A stretch of DNA of 64,000 nt from an uncultured Gammaproteobacteria bacterium (GCA_965231135.1 OZ246419.1:257488-321487); one strand, 5' to 3'. Positions 28,616 through 39,525 are shown, numbered from the stretch's first letter. Translations and numbers: made by a program. The notes: generated from the sequence alone by a model not told the origin.

Positions 28616-28910
28616 CATCCTTTGCAACTTTAGCTAAATGTGAATAATTGGGGCTAATTTTGTCAACAACTTTTTCAATTGCGGTATTTAATAATTCTAA
28701 AATAATTACAAGAAAAATTGTCAGGATTAACAAAGCGAATTTTTCAACAGATAACTTAAAAATAAAACCTAAAATTAAAGCAAATATTCCAACGATTGTG
28801 TGAAATCTGAAATTTGGTTCGTTTTGAAAAGCTTCTTTGATGCCATTTCCTGCATAACCAAAACTTTTTAAACCACTGTGGCGGGCACTCATGATAATAT
28901 TATATATCAT
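28512..28910 (-). CDS. dgkA: Diacylglycerol/undecaprenol kinase
   Basis: ELLNTAIE...AKDVSAAAVL DgkA motifs. Three TM helices. Confidence 0.8.
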   Translation of the reverse strand: MIYNIIMSARHSGLKSFGYAGNGIKEAFQNEPNFRFHTIVGIFALILGFIFKLSVEKFALLILTIFLVIILELLNTAIEKVVDKISPNYSHLAKVAKDVSAAAVLLSAFAAVLVGLLLFGPNIVQFASSLIH

Positions 28911-29361
28911 GCAGGACGAATTGATTACATTTCTTGCCAGTTTTTTGATTTGGATTATGTTTGCTCTTCTTGTTGTTCTTTGGTTTATAGACGGAAAAAT
29001 TAAAAAAGAACAAGTTGTACACGCTCTTCTTGCAAGTTTTATTGCTTTTACAATTGCTGAAATATTAAAGAGAGTTTTTAATACACCAAGGCCATATGAT
29101 GTTAACCATTTGGCAACTGAAGTTGTTGCACTTCCAAGTGATCCTGGATTTCCGTCGGTACATGCTACGGTCGTTTTTGCGCTTTCGATTACAATTTGGT
29201 TGCATGATCATAAAGTAGGTTTGATCTTTATAATTTTGGCAATTTTAGTTGGATGGGCGAGAGTTGCTGCAAATGTGCATTATCCAATAGATATAATGGG
29301 CGGAGCAATTATTGGAAGTATTGTCGCACTTCTCATAGAAAAGATTCACTTGACAAGGTAG
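28891..29361 (+). CDS. PAP2-family phosphatase
   Basis: KxxxxxxRP (KRVFNTPRP), PSGH-like (FPSVHA) and SRxxxxxHxxxD-like (HYPIDIMGG) motifs. An alternative ATG at 28909 overlaps the dgkA ATG in a CATG motif. Confidence 0.8.
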   Translation: MIILYIMQDELITFLASFLIWIMFALLVVLWFIDGKIKKEQVVHALLASFIAFTIAEILKRVFNTPRPYDVNHLATEVVALPSDPGFPSVHATVVFALSITIWLHDHKVGLIFIILAILVGWARVAANVHYPIDIMGGAIIGSIVALLIEKIHLTR

Positions 29362-29390
29362 CAATCGCAATGTTAGACTGCTAACAACTT

Positions 29391-31796
29391 ATGGCAAACG
29401 ATACTAATAAACTTCGTTTTCAAAGAACTGTCCCTGTAGTTGCGATTCGTGATAGCGTGGTTTTTCCTCATACTGATTCCATACTTTCTTTTGGGCGAGC
29501 AAAATCAATTGATGCAGTCAATGCTGCGTTTCAAGATGACAAAATAATTGCAATTTTTAATCAGAAAGATCCAAATGTAACTGACCCAACCCCTGAAGAT
29601 TTATACGAAATTGGAACTATTGCGACAGTTACTCAAATGATGAGCACTGATGATGAAATTCATGCGATGATTAAAGGGCAAGCAAGAGTTCGCCTTGATG
29701 AAGTGCTTGCAGAGGAACCTTATTTTATTGCAAAAGTTTCAGAATTAAGCGAAACAGATATTAAAACAGATGAGGTAACTGCACTTTCAAATCAACTTTA
29801 TGACATTTTCAAAAGAGCTGTAAATCTTGGAAAAGGAGTAGAAATTACAACTGTGATGAAGATTCTTTCTGGAAATATTGAGCCAATAGAACTAGTTGAT
29901 AGTGTTTCATCTCTTCTTGATGTGAAATCTGCTGAAAAACAAAAAATATTAGAAATTCTCTCTGTAAAAGACCGATTTAAAAGAGTTATTGAATTAATGG
30001 GGCATGAAGTAAATGTTCTTGATCTTGAAAAAACAATTTCAATGAAAACCCAAAAGAAATTGGAAGATCAGATGAAAAAAGCAATGCTTCGCGAGAAGAA
30101 AAGAGTAATTGAAGAAGAGCTTGAAGGCGGAGATGAAGATAGCGATCTTAGCGAATTGAAAGAATACAAGAAAAAAATTAAGGCAGCAAAAATGCCAAAG
30201 GAGACTGAAAGCAAGGCTCTTAAGGAATTGAAAAGACTTGAGCAGATGTCTGCAAATAATCCAGAATCTGGATATGTTAGAAATTATTTAGACTGGCTTG
30301 TTGAGATGCCTTGGAGCAATTCTTCTCCAAATAATGTTTCAGTCAAAAAGGCAGGCAAGATTCTTGATGAAGAACATTTTGCAATTGATAAAACTAAAGA
30401 GAGAATTTTGGAATATCTTTCTGTCATGAAAATGAAAGAAAAAGCAAAGAAAGCTGAAGATTCACAACCAACAATACTTTGCTTTGTCGGGCCTCCAGGA
30501 GTCGGTAAAACATCGATTGGAAAATCTATTGCAAAAGCGTTAGGGCGAAAATTTGTCAGAGTTTCTTTGGGAGGAATTCGCGATGAAGCTGAAATAAGAG
30601 GACACCGAAGAACTTATGTGGGAGCAATGCCTGGACGCATTATTCAAGGAATGAAGAATGCTGGTACAAATAATCCTGTTTTTATGCTTGATGAAATTGA
30701 TAAATTGGGAATGGATTATAGAGGAGATCCAAGCAGTGCGCTTCTTGAAATATTAGATCCTGAGCAAAACAAAGAGTTTTCTGACCATTATTTAGAAGTA
30801 CCATTTGATTTATCAAAAGTAATATTTATTGCGACAGGAAACGTGACTGACACAATTCCTGGACCACTACTTGATCGTATGGAAGTTATTCGCTTTGCTG
30901 GATACACAACTGATGAAAAATTTGAAATTGGAGATAAATTTTTGTGGCCAAAAGTTTTGAAATTACATGGAATTGATGACAGGAAAATAAAAATTGAAAA
31001 ACGCGCGCTTAAAGAAATAATTGAAAGTTATACAAGAGAAGCTGGAGTACGTAATTTAGAGCGAAACTTAGCGACAATTTGCAGAAAAGTTGCGAGAGAA
31101 ATTGCTGAGAAAGGGAAATATCCTAAAGTCATTACTTTGAAAGATGTTGTAAAGTTTTTGGGACCAAGAAAATTTAGCTCTCAAATTGCTGAGAAAAAGG
31201 ATGATGTAGGAATAGTTACTGGGCTTTCGGTAACTACTTTTGGAGGGGAAATTTTATTTATAGAAGTTTCTTTGATGCCTGGGACTGGAAAGTTAATTTT
31301 AACTGGACAATTAGGTAGTGTAATGAAAGAATCGGTTAAAGCTGCGTATACCTGGACTAGATCTCATTGGAGACAACTAGGTCTTCCTGAAAATTTTGCA
31401 AGGGATATGGATATCCATGTACATGTTCCGGAAGGAGCAATTCCAAAAGATGGACCTTCGGCTGGCGTTTCTATGACTACAGCTTTGGTTTCTGCATTGA
31501 CTCATATTCCTGTTCGAAAAGACGTTGCAATGACGGGAGAGATTACGCTTCGAGGACGCGTGCTTGAAATTGGCGGATTAAAAGAAAAAGTTATTGCAGC
31601 ACACCGTGCTGGAATAAAAACAATTATTGCACCGAAAGATAATGAAAAAGATATGGTTGATGTGCCGCAAAGCGTCAAGGACGATGTAAAATTTTATTTT
31701 GTAGATCATTATGAAGAAATTCCGCCAATTGCTCTAAAGGGATGGAAATCTATAAAACAAAAGGAAACTGTAACTCCAACTGTAGCTACTGTATAA
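29391..31796 (+). CDS. lon: ATP-dependent Lon protease (LonA)
   Basis: N-domain. Walker [10 protein letters not shown]. Catalytic DGPSAG. Confidence 0.95.
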   Translation: MANDTNKLRFQRTVPVVAIRDSVVFPHTDSILSFGRAKSIDAVNAAFQDDKIIAIFNQKDPNVTDPTPEDLYEIGTIATVTQMMSTDDEIHAMIKGQARVRLDEVLAEEPYFIAKVSELSETDIKTDEVTALSNQLYDIFKRAVNLGKGVEITTVMKILSGNIEPIELVDSVSSLLDVKSAEKQKILEILSVKDRFKRVIELMGHEVNVLDLEKTISMKTQKKLEDQMKKAMLREKKRVIEEELEGGDEDSDLSELKEYKKKIKAAKMPKETESKALKELKRLEQMSANNPESGYVRNYLDWLVEMPWSNSSPNNVSVKKAGKILDEEHFAIDKTKERILEYLSVMKMKEKAKKAEDSQPTILCFVGPPGVGKTSIGKSIAKALGRKFVRVSLGGIRDEAEIRGHRRTYVGAMPGRIIQGMKNAGTNNPVFMLDEIDKLGMDYRGDPSSALLEILDPEQNKEFSDHYLEVPFDLSKVIFIATGNVTDTIPGPLLDRMEVIRFAGYTTDEKFEIGDKFLWPKVLKLHGIDDRKIKIEKRALKEIIESYTREAGVRNLERNLATICRKVAREIAEKGKYPKVITLKDVVKFLGPRKFSSQIAEKKDDVGIVTGLSVTTFGGEILFIEVSLMPGTGKLILTGQLGSVMKESVKAAYTWTRSHWRQLGLPENFARDMDIHVHVPEGAIPKDGPSAGVSMTTALVSALTHIPVRKDVAMTGEITLRGRVLEIGGLKEKVIAAHRAGIKTIIAPKDNEKDMVDVPQSVKDDVKFYFVDHYEEIPPIALKGWKSIKQKETVTPTVATV

Positions 31797-31909
31797 TGTG
31801 AACCTATTGTATACGATTCGGAATCAAGTCATTCCTGAACTCATCCAATGCTATACTAATTTTGGCAAAAATATCTTAAAAACTAACAATTTTACTTTAT
31901 AATATTAAT

Positions 31910-32827
31910 ATGGAACCAGCAGACAAAATATTAATCGCTAAAGAAGAAAAAACAGATAAAATAGACTACCCTTTTCTAACCAAACTTACTGAAGATTATC
32001 CAAATTCTTCGGCAAAACTTAAAGAACAAATACCAAAGTGGAAGGCAGGCGTAGATAAACTATCTGGAATACCAGGATTAGGTAACGAACTTTTACAAAC
32101 GATGGATTATGTATCAAAATCAGAAGAAGAAAAATATTTCATAGACACAGCTTCAGAAATACAATCTATATTAGAAAGAGAAACAAAAGATAAAGTTTAC
32201 TTCGTAAGTCTAGGCAAAGAGGGTGGGAGTGGTCCATACATATCCGATCAAATCAAAGCTAAATTACCTGAAAATCTGAGAGATCGAGTAGAAAGTTTAC
32301 TTTCAACACGTGTTGACATAAATACTCATACAAAAGAAAATCAAGGCAAAAATGGAATACATTATTTTATTTGTGATGACAGTGCCAATTCAGGTAGACA
32401 ATTAGAAAGCTGCTTGGGTGCTTTTGACTGGTACGCTAGAAAGAATTCAGAAAGAAGACTATTTGACCGAGCAAAAGATATAAATGTTCATATTAGAATG
32501 ATGCGTATTGCAGATCCAGCTGTTGGCATTATCAGTAAATATGTAGATAAAGCAAAAAATTCACATTTACATATAGACAACAAATCACCTCGTATGCCTT
32601 TAACATCAGATGCACTGTTTAAAATTGGCGCCAATCCAAGTAAGTTGTCTCAGGAAGCTCAAAACGCAATCTTATACACACACCACAATTGGGAAGGAGC
32701 CATATTAGGCTTTTTCTATCACAAAATTCAAGATAACCTTCCTCCAATTTTAATTCCAGGAAGAAATAGATATGAAAGTTTAACTCCGCTTTTATCAGAT
32801 ACTGAAGTAATCAAACCTTACCAATAA
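31910..32827 (+). CDS. Orphan hypothetical protein (305 aa), no recognisable domain, atypical codon usage
   Basis: Long clean ORF that stops 4 nt before tRNA-Glu. Heavy use of ATA/ACA/CTA codons, unlike lon and lysS. Confidence 0.5.
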   Translation: MEPADKILIAKEEKTDKIDYPFLTKLTEDYPNSSAKLKEQIPKWKAGVDKLSGIPGLGNELLQTMDYVSKSEEEKYFIDTASEIQSILERETKDKVYFVSLGKEGGSGPYISDQIKAKLPENLRDRVESLLSTRVDINTHTKENQGKNGIHYFICDDSANSGRQLESCLGAFDWYARKNSERRLFDRAKDINVHIRMMRIADPAVGIISKYVDKAKNSHLHIDNKSPRMPLTSDALFKIGANPSKLSQEAQNAILYTHHNWEGAILGFFYHKIQDNLPPILIPGRNRYESLTPLLSDTEVIKPYQ

Positions 32828-32830
32828 TTG

Positions 32831-32903
32831 TGACCCCATTGGAATTCGAATCCAAGTTATCAGAATGAGAATCTGATGTCCTAGGCCACTAGACGATGGG
32901 GTC
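32831..32903 (-). tRNA. tRNA-Glu (anticodon CUC), no encoded CCA
   Basis: Manual cloverleaf on the reverse strand. Acceptor GACCCCA/TGGGGTC, D-arm GTCT/GGAC, anticodon stem TCAGA/TCTGA with loop TTCTCAT, T-arm TTGGA-TTCGAAT-TCCAA. Confidence 0.85.
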
Positions 32904-32930
32904 AATAATCATATTTTACCAAATTTGCGG

Positions 32931-33818
32931 TTATAAATTAAATCCACAGAAGATTTGGGGAACGCTGAGGATAAACCAACCTGTGTTAATAGTTATGTAA
33001 TTTACTCTGCACGTAAATACTAATGGATGGAAAGGAAATGGAAAATTTGTTGGCGTTGGAGACATTGTTGGTGTTTCAATAGGACTTACAGTTGGTGTAG
33101 TTGTTGGTGTTGAAGTTGGAGTCATAGTGGGTGTTGGTGTCGTGGTAGGCGTTGATGTTGGTGTACTTGTAGCTGTCGGAGTTGCGGTAGGTGTGGATGT
33201 TGGAGTTGGAGAGGCAGTTGGTGTTGGCGTTGAAGTTCCCCCTGTTGAATTCATTGGGTCTGGAGTGTTTTGGACAGCAAAATCACTTGAGTTATTATCT
33301 GTATCCGTACTTGGGCTAATTCTTTCTATACTTTTTCCGTCGCCTGGATTGACTGTAGCAGTTCCTTCGAAGTCTGATGCTGTTCCCATCCCAACTTTGT
33401 CGATAACAGTTGTTCCGTCGCTGCCATAAAGTAAAACTGTGCTATTTGTTGAAACTGTTGGCGATCCATCATCGTATGTTAGATCTCCGGTTGTAGGACC
33501 TGGATATGTATCGCTTGTAATGAGGAAGAAACCATTAGCTGGAACTGTTCCTGACATAGTTGCGACTAAATCTCCTTCTGTTCCGCCCTTTGTTTTTCTA
33601 GTGAGTTTCCAATTAGATAGATCGACTGCTGAGTTTGTAGGGTTAGCAAGTTCTATGAATTCATTGGTAGAATGACCTGTTCCTGCTCCGGCTATTTGGA
33701 TTTGATAAATATCAACATGATCTGTTTCAGCTAAAACTGATGAATTTTGGGATGAAATGAATGAGATTAAAACAGTTAAAATAAATGTTGCAAAAAGCCA
33801 AGGCAGTGCTTTTTTCAT
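32931..33818 (-). CDS. Secreted lamin-tail-domain (LTD) protein with a Pro/Thr-rich linker and hydrophobic C-terminus
   Basis: Signal peptide. NEFIELANPTNSAVDLSNWKL LTD signature. (TP)n repeat. Confidence 0.7.
   Translation of the reverse strand: MKKALPWLFATFILTVLISFISSQNSSVLAETDHVDIYQIQIAGAGTGHSTNEFIELANPTNSAVDLSNWKLTRKTKGGTEGDLVATMSGTVPANGFFLITSDTYPGPTTGDLTYDDGSPTVSTNSTVLLYGSDGTTVIDKVGMGTASDFEGTATVNPGDGKSIERISPSTDTDNNSSDFAVQNTPDPMNSTGGTSTPTPTASPTPTSTPTATPTATSTPTSTPTTTPTPTMTPTSTPTTTPTVSPIETPTMSPTPTNFPFPFHPLVFTCRVNYITINTGWFILSVPQIFCGFNL
33045..33240 (-). repeat. Low-complexity tandem repeat encoding the (T/S-P)n linker of the LTD protein
   Basis: Reiterated ggtgttgg/gttggag units. Several antisense ORFs in the track are artefacts of this repeat. 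Confidence 0.7.
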
Positions 33819-33898
33819 TGAATATAATTTATATTAAAAGGATGTTTTATCCCGTGTCAAGGGGCAAAAGTGATGTTGTTTGATTTTATTTAGTACAC

Positions 33899-33927
33899 TT
33901 GACAACGATTGTGGGAAGTCATAAACT
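33899..33927 (+). promoter_or_regulatory. Sigma70-like promoter for greA: TTGACA, 17-nt spacer, TAAACT
   Basis: Consensus -35 with correct spacing, 55 nt upstream of greA. Confidence 0.45.
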
Positions 33928-33981
33928 ACCTGAAGTTTTAAAAAGGTAAACCACTTTACTTAGATACCTGGGGGTATTTTT

Positions 33982-34461
33982 TTGAAAGGTTTTATGCAAA
34001 ACAAACCAGTACAATTAACAGAAAAAGCTTTTGGAGATTTGCAAAAAGAGCTTAAAGAATTAACAGATGTAAAAAGACCAAAATTGGTTGAAAGATTGTC
34101 TCACGCTATGGCTGAGGGAGATCTTGCTGAGAATTCTGACTATCATAATGCAAAAGAAGAACTTGAGTTTTTGGATGGGCGTATTGATGAACTTTCGGTT
34201 GTTGTGAATAATGCTGTAATAACAAATGACAATGCAAAACAAACTGGAAAAGTGGGAATGGGGACAAGAGTTACAGTGAAAATTGGGGGAAAAGAGCAGA
34301 CTTTTACAATTGTTGGAGAATGGGAAGCGGATGCTGCAAATAAGAAAATTTCTCCAAGCTCTCCTCTTGGACAAATGCTTATGGATAAATCAAAGGGAGA
34401 AAAAATTGAAGTTGAAGCACCAGCTGGAAAAGTAATGTACGAGATTGTTGAGATTGAATAA
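33982..34461 (+). CDS. greA: Transcription elongation factor GreA
   Basis: N-terminal coiled-coil with acidic tip (EGDLAENSDYHNAKEE). C-terminal FKBP-like domain. Confidence 0.85.
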   Translation: MKGFMQNKPVQLTEKAFGDLQKELKELTDVKRPKLVERLSHAMAEGDLAENSDYHNAKEELEFLDGRIDELSVVVNNAVITNDNAKQTGKVGMGTRVTVKIGGKEQTFTIVGEWEADAANKKISPSSPLGQMLMDKSKGEKIEVEAPAGKVMYEIVEIE

Positions 34462-34464
34462 ATT

Positions 34465-34713
34465 ATGCCAAGAGAACAGATAGATTCAGATCGAAATACT
34501 TGGACCCGCCTTCCTAAAAGCAAGACTACTAGTTTTGAACTTGCTCATTATATGGTTGAGTGTGGGTGGATTAAAACTGAAGATGAGATTTTTGTTGTAT
34601 TAACTGAGGAACAAGAAAAAAATCGGCGGGAAATAATTGCCAGTCCGCAACAAGAAACTCAGAGTAATTGGTCTAAATTGCCATCACCACCTTTTAGTAA
34701 AAAACTTTTTTAA
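34465..34713 (+). CDS. Small hypothetical protein (82 aa)
   Basis: Open frame immediately after greA. Confidence 0.35.
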   Translation: MPREQIDSDRNTWTRLPKSKTTSFELAHYMVECGWIKTEDEIFVVLTEEQEKNRREIIASPQQETQSNWSKLPSPPFSKKLF

Positions 34714-34794
34714 AATATTGATTAAATTATTATCTTCAATGAAGAATGTTTGAAATTTCTTGTTAATTTTTCATTCTGAGTTTATACTTCAACT

Positions 34795-36249
34795 ATGGCT
34801 ACACGCTTAGATAGTATTCGCGAAGAGAGAGTTAAAAAGCTTGAAGAATTAAAAAAACTTCATATTAATCCTTATCCATCAAAAATAAGTTTAAAGGGAA
34901 AACATATTGAGATTGATGAAGCCCGTAAAAAAGAAGGGTCAAAAGTAATGGTTGCTGGGCGAATTATGGGAATGCGCGGGCATGGAGCTATCCTTTTTGG
35001 AGATGTTAGAGACGAAACGGGAACAATTCAATTTTTGGCAAGCGAGAAAAATTTAAGTGAGAAATATCCAATTTTAAAATTGATTGATGCTGGAGATTTT
35101 TTGGCAGTTGTTGGAAAAATAATGAAAACACAAGCTGGAGAGATAACTGTTGAGGTAAATGATTTTCAATTACTTAGTAAATCTATTAGGCCACTTCCAA
35201 GCGAATGGTTTGGACTAAAAGATGAAGAAGATAGATACAGACAAAGATATGTTGATTTGATTTTGAATGAAAATTTAAAAGAAATATTTAGAAAAAAAGC
35301 AATTTTTTGGCAATCGATGCGCAATTTTATGATTGATAAAGGATTTCTTGAAGTTGAAACTCCAGCTCTTGAAAATACTGCAGGAGGGGCTGATGCGAAT
35401 CCTTTTGTGACACATCATCAAGCTCTGGATATTGATTTATATCTTCGAATTTCTATGGGAGAGCTTTGGCAAAAGCGACTTATGGTAGCAGGATTTGATA
35501 AAACTTTTGAAGTTGGAAGGCAATTTAGAAACGAAGGAATTGACCGAGAACATTTACAGGATTATTCACAGATGGAATTTTATTGGGCATATCACAACTA
35601 TGAAGATTCTATGAAACTTGTTGAGGAACTCTATAAATACATTGCAGAGAAAGCTTTTGGTACACTTAAATTTGAAATTAATGGACATAAAGTTGATTTG
35701 GGAAAGTTTTGGAAGAGAATTGATTATACAGAAAGTATAAAAAGTAAATTTAATATTGATATAAATAGTGCAAGCGATGAGGATTTGAGAAATAGGCTTA
35801 AAGAACTTAGAGTGGCTTTTGAAAAGAATGATGAGCGAGGGCGATTGATTGATTTAATTTGGAAACAAGTGCGAAAAGAGATTAGTGGACCGGTATTTTT
35901 AGTAGGGCACCCAGTTGAAGTGTCACCGCTTGCAAAGAGAATGGAAGATCGTAATAATTTTGTTGAGCGTTATCAAATAATACTTGCTGGAAGCGAAATG
36001 GGAAATGGATATAGCGAACTTAATGATCCAATTGATCAAGCTGAAAGATTTGCTAAACAACAGGAAATGCGCGATAAAGGAGATGAAGAAGCACAAATGC
36101 AGGATGCTGACTTTGTACGAGCGCTTGAATATGGAATGCCTCCTGTTACTGGATTTGGAGTTTCTGAAAGATTATTTAGTTTTTTGGCAAATTTGCCAGT
36201 AAGGGAAGCAGTTTTATTTCCATTACTACGGCCGGAGAATATTAAATGA
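34795..36249 (+). CDS. lysS: Lysyl-tRNA synthetase (class II)
   Basis: OB anticodon domain plus class II motifs 1-3 (e.g. GGADANPFVTHH, YGMPPVTGFGVSERL). Confidence 0.95.
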   Translation: MATRLDSIREERVKKLEELKKLHINPYPSKISLKGKHIEIDEARKKEGSKVMVAGRIMGMRGHGAILFGDVRDETGTIQFLASEKNLSEKYPILKLIDAGDFLAVVGKIMKTQAGEITVEVNDFQLLSKSIRPLPSEWFGLKDEEDRYRQRYVDLILNENLKEIFRKKAIFWQSMRNFMIDKGFLEVETPALENTAGGADANPFVTHHQALDIDLYLRISMGELWQKRLMVAGFDKTFEVGRQFRNEGIDREHLQDYSQMEFYWAYHNYEDSMKLVEELYKYIAEKAFGTLKFEINGHKVDLGKFWKRIDYTESIKSKFNIDINSASDEDLRNRLKELRVAFEKNDERGRLIDLIWKQVRKEISGPVFLVGHPVEVSPLAKRMEDRNNFVERYQIILAGSEMGNGYSELNDPIDQAERFAKQQEMRDKGDEEAQMQDADFVRALEYGMPPVTGFGVSERLFSFLANLPVREAVLFPLLRPENIK

Positions 36250-36812
36250 CAAGAGAAGAAGCTTTAGATTTGTTATATAAAAACATGCAGTCGCCTAATT
36301 TGCGAAGGCACTGCCTTGCAGTTGAAGCAGTTATGAGAGCACTTGCAAAAAGATTTGATGCTGACGTTGAATCCTGGGGAATTGCAGGACTACTTCATGA
36401 TGCTGATTATGAAAAAGTAAAAGATACTGCAACGAAAGACCATACTAAAAAAGTAATTGAATGGCTTGCAGAATATGATACTGGGGATGATATTAAAAAT
36501 GCAATACTTGCTCATGGATGGGGATTTGTTGAAGGAAACCTAAAACCAAATAACAAAATGGAATGGTCTTTGTATTGCTGTGATGAACTTACAGGATTTA
36601 TCGTAGCTGTAGCTCTTACTCGACCAAATAAAACTCTTGCTGAAGTAACAGTTGAATCAATGCAGAAAAAATGGAAAGAAAAAAGTTTTGCTGGAGGAGT
36701 TAGTCGCGAACAAGTTGCAACTTGCGAAGACGAGCTTAATATTCCTTTGGAGGAATTTATGGATATTGCACTTAAAGCAATGCAAGGGATTAGTGAGGAG
36801 CTTGGATTATAA
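36246..36812 (+). CDS. HD-domain phosphohydrolase
   Basis: H...HD (LLHDADY) motif. ATGA overlap with lysS. The serS ATG follows its stop directly. Confidence 0.75.
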   Translation: MTREEALDLLYKNMQSPNLRRHCLAVEAVMRALAKRFDADVESWGIAGLLHDADYEKVKDTATKDHTKKVIEWLAEYDTGDDIKNAILAHGWGFVEGNLKPNNKMEWSLYCCDELTGFIVAVALTRPNKTLAEVTVESMQKKWKEKSFAGGVSREQVATCEDELNIPLEEFMDIALKAMQGISEELGL

Positions 36813-38048
36813 ATGCTTGATATTAATTATATTAGAGAAAATACAGAAGAAGTTAAGAAAAAAGTTGCGAGCAAGAATTTTGATCCAAAGATTGTTGATG
36901 AAGTATTAAAACTTGATGAAAATAGAAGAAAACTTCTTACTGAAATTGAAGAGCTAAGAGCTGAGCGAAATGATGCTGCAAAAAATAAGAATATTGAAAA
37001 AGGTAAGGATTTAAAGGAAAAACTTCAGAAATTAGAACCAGAAAGTGAAAAGGCAAATCAAGAATTTACTCAAAAACTAAATGAAGTTCCAAATTTGCCA
37101 GCTGATGATGTAAAAATTGGAAAAGGTGAAGATGAAAATGAAGAAATTAAAAAATGGGGAGACATTAAAAAATTTGATTTTGAAGCAAAAGATCATCTGA
37201 CTCTTGGAACAAATTTAGGAATTTTAGATTTTGAAAGTGGCGCTAAAGTGACAGGTTCGCAATTTTATTATTTGATTGGAGACGGAGCATTACTTGAACT
37301 TGCTCTTATTCATTATGCTTTTGAAATTTTAACAAAAGAAGGGTTTACTCCAATAATTACTCCAGATTTGGCGAAATCCAGATATTATTTGGGGACTGGA
37401 TATTTGCCAAAGGGTGATGAAGCTCAGACCTATGAAATAAAAGATTCAGATTTAGGATTAATTGCAACTGCTGAGGTAACCCTTGCTGGGCGTCATGCAG
37501 ATGAAGTTATTCCAGAGAATAAATTGCCAATTAAATATATTGGTTATTCTCATTGTTTTAGGCAGGAGGGTGGTGCTTATGGAAAATATTCCAGAGGGCT
37601 TTATCGAGTACATCAATTTAGTAAGGCTGAGATGTTTGTATATTGTAAGCCTGGAGACTCAGATAAAATGCATGATTATCTTTTAGGGTTGGAAGAAAAA
37701 ATTTATCAGGGCTTAGGAATTCCCTACCGAGTTCTTAAACAATGTACGGGAGATTTGGGCGCAATTGCAGCTCGCAAATATGATATTGAGGCGTGGATGC
37801 CAGGACGAGGAGAATATGGGGAAGTTACGTCAACTTCAAATTGTACAGATTACCAAGCTCGTAATTTAAATATTAAATATAGAACAAAACAAAATAAAAA
37901 CGAGTACATTCATATGTTAAATGGTACTGCTATTGCGACGTCACGAGTTCCTGTTGCAATACTTGAAAATTATCAAAATGAGGATGGAAGTGTAGATATT
38001 CCTAAAGTACTTCAGAAGTGGATGGGAAAAAATAAAATAAGCAAATAA
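36813..38048 (+). CDS. serS: Seryl-tRNA synthetase
   Basis: N-terminal coiled-coil arm and class II core (FRQEGGAYG...; GTAIATSR). Confidence 0.95.
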   Translation: MLDINYIRENTEEVKKKVASKNFDPKIVDEVLKLDENRRKLLTEIEELRAERNDAAKNKNIEKGKDLKEKLQKLEPESEKANQEFTQKLNEVPNLPADDVKIGKGEDENEEIKKWGDIKKFDFEAKDHLTLGTNLGILDFESGAKVTGSQFYYLIGDGALLELALIHYAFEILTKEGFTPIITPDLAKSRYYLGTGYLPKGDEAQTYEIKDSDLGLIATAEVTLAGRHADEVIPENKLPIKYIGYSHCFRQEGGAYGKYSRGLYRVHQFSKAEMFVYCKPGDSDKMHDYLLGLEEKIYQGLGIPYRVLKQCTGDLGAIAARKYDIEAWMPGRGEYGEVTSTSNCTDYQARNLNIKYRTKQNKNEYIHMLNGTAIATSRVPVAILENYQNEDGSVDIPKVLQKWMGKNKISK

Positions 38049-38135
38049 GCAATGCTTGTCACTTTGTGATAAGCTCTTGCATTTTTCTTACAGGAAACAT
38101 AAATTGTTCATACCTCATGAGTTTAAATTGCAATC

Positions 38136-38366
38136 ATGGCAACAATCATTAATAACCCTCCAACTACGGCAAGCCAAGTCCCTGCTCAAACTAATGATAA
38201 TAATAGTAATGCGAACTTACTAGTTGCAATTGTCTTTATGCTTTTATTTTTTATTCTTTTTGTATATTTTTTGGTTCCAATTTTAAGAAGAGCTGCAAGT
38301 CCAGCTCCTGCTGCTCAAATTAATGTTCCAAAACAAATTGATGTGAATGTAAATGGAAGCAAATAA
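38136..38366 (+). CDS. Small membrane protein (76 aa)
   Basis: One TM helix. Confidence 0.35.
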   Translation: MATIINNPPTTASQVPAQTNDNNSNANLLVAIVFMLLFFILFVYFLVPILRRAASPAPAAQINVPKQIDVNVNGSK

Positions 38367-38370
38367 ATGG

Positions 38371-39507
38371 TTATTTGTAATATTTTTTATTCTTTAATTT
38401 TTCAGGTAATAAGCTTTCTTTTGAATACATTTCGTAATTTTTACCGTAACCTAAATTTTTCATTAATTTTGTAGGTGCGTTTCTAATAATCATTGGCACG
38501 GGAAGATTGCCAAAGTTTTCTACATCATGGAGAGCTTCCATATAACCTTCATATGCTCTTCTGTCTTTCTTTGCTAACGCCAAGTAGACAACTCCGTGAG
38601 CTAGATTTTCCTGGCATTCTGGAAGCCCAATTGTTTCGCATGCTCTAAAAACTTCATTTGCAACGACTAATGCAGTTGGCTGCGCCATACCAATATCTTC
38701 TGAGGCAAAGATTACCATTCTCCTTGCGATATAAAGAGGATCTTGCCCCGCTGCAATCATTCTGGCTAAATAATATAAAGCAGCATCAACATTACTTGCG
38801 CGCATACTTTTTATAAATGCTGAAATAACATTGTAGAATTCTTCACCTTGCTTGTCGAAAGTTAATTGTTTTCGCTGAAGTGCTTCTTCAATATCTTTTA
38901 TATCTAAAGTTTTGTTTATTGAAAGATTGGATGCAATTTCTAGAACATTAAGTAAGACTCTGGCGTCACCATTACTGGAATCGAGTAAAAATTGTTTGGC
39001 ATCTTTATTAATATCTTTTTTGAGCAATTTAAGTCCTCGAGTAAGAATTTCATTCAGGTTTTCTTCGCTGTGTCCCTTGAGTACTATTACTCTACAGCGA
39101 GATAAAAGAGCTGAAATGATTTCAAATGAAGGATTTTCTGTCGTTGCTCCAATTAAAATGATTGATCCTTTTTCAACATACGGAAGCAATTTATCTTGTT
39201 GAGCTTTATTAAACCTATGAATTTCGTCAATAAAAATTATTGGTTGATTGGTCGCTGATTTTAAAATAATTTCAATATCTTTTATTTTTGTACTTACAGC
39301 TGAGAATTCGTAAAATTCGCGTTTTAATTCTTTAGCAATAATGCGAGCAAGAGTTGTTTTTCCTGATCCTGGCGGGCCCCAAAAAATTAATGATGGAAAG
39401 AAATTTTTTGCTAGTAATAATTTTTTAATTGTTCCAATAACGTTTTCTTGGCCAACATAATTATCTAAAGTTGTTGGCCGCATTTTTTCAGGAAGTGGAA
39501 TTTGCAT
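38371..39507 (-). CDS. rarA: Replication-associated recombination protein A (AAA+)
   Basis: Walker A GPPGSGKTT, Walker B IIFIDEIHR, sensor/arginine-finger region. Confidence 0.85.
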   Translation of the reverse strand: MQIPLPEKMRPTTLDNYVGQENVIGTIKKLLLAKNFFPSLIFWGPPGSGKTTLARIIAKELKREFYEFSAVSTKIKDIEIILKSATNQPIIFIDEIHRFNKAQQDKLLPYVEKGSIILIGATTENPSFEIISALLSRCRVIVLKGHSEENLNEILTRGLKLLKKDINKDAKQFLLDSSNGDARVLLNVLEIASNLSINKTLDIKDIEEALQRKQLTFDKQGEEFYNVISAFIKSMRASNVDAALYYLARMIAAGQDPLYIARRMVIFASEDIGMAQPTALVVANEVFRACETIGLPECQENLAHGVVYLALAKKDRRAYEGYMEALHDVENFGNLPVPMIIRNAPTKLMKNLGYGKNYEMYSKESLLPEKLKNKKYYK

Positions 39508-39525
39508 GATTGTATAATATCATTT

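Noticed and set aside
29391-31796. Lon as part of a defence (e.g. BREX/Lon-like) system
   Set aside because: Full canonical LonA architecture (N-domain, AAA+, Ser-Lys protease) with housekeeping neighbours. No associated defence genes.
33127-33675. Plus-strand ORFs 33127..33429 and 33439..33675
   Set aside because: Antisense artefacts of the Pro/Thr codon repeat and LTD gene on the minus strand.
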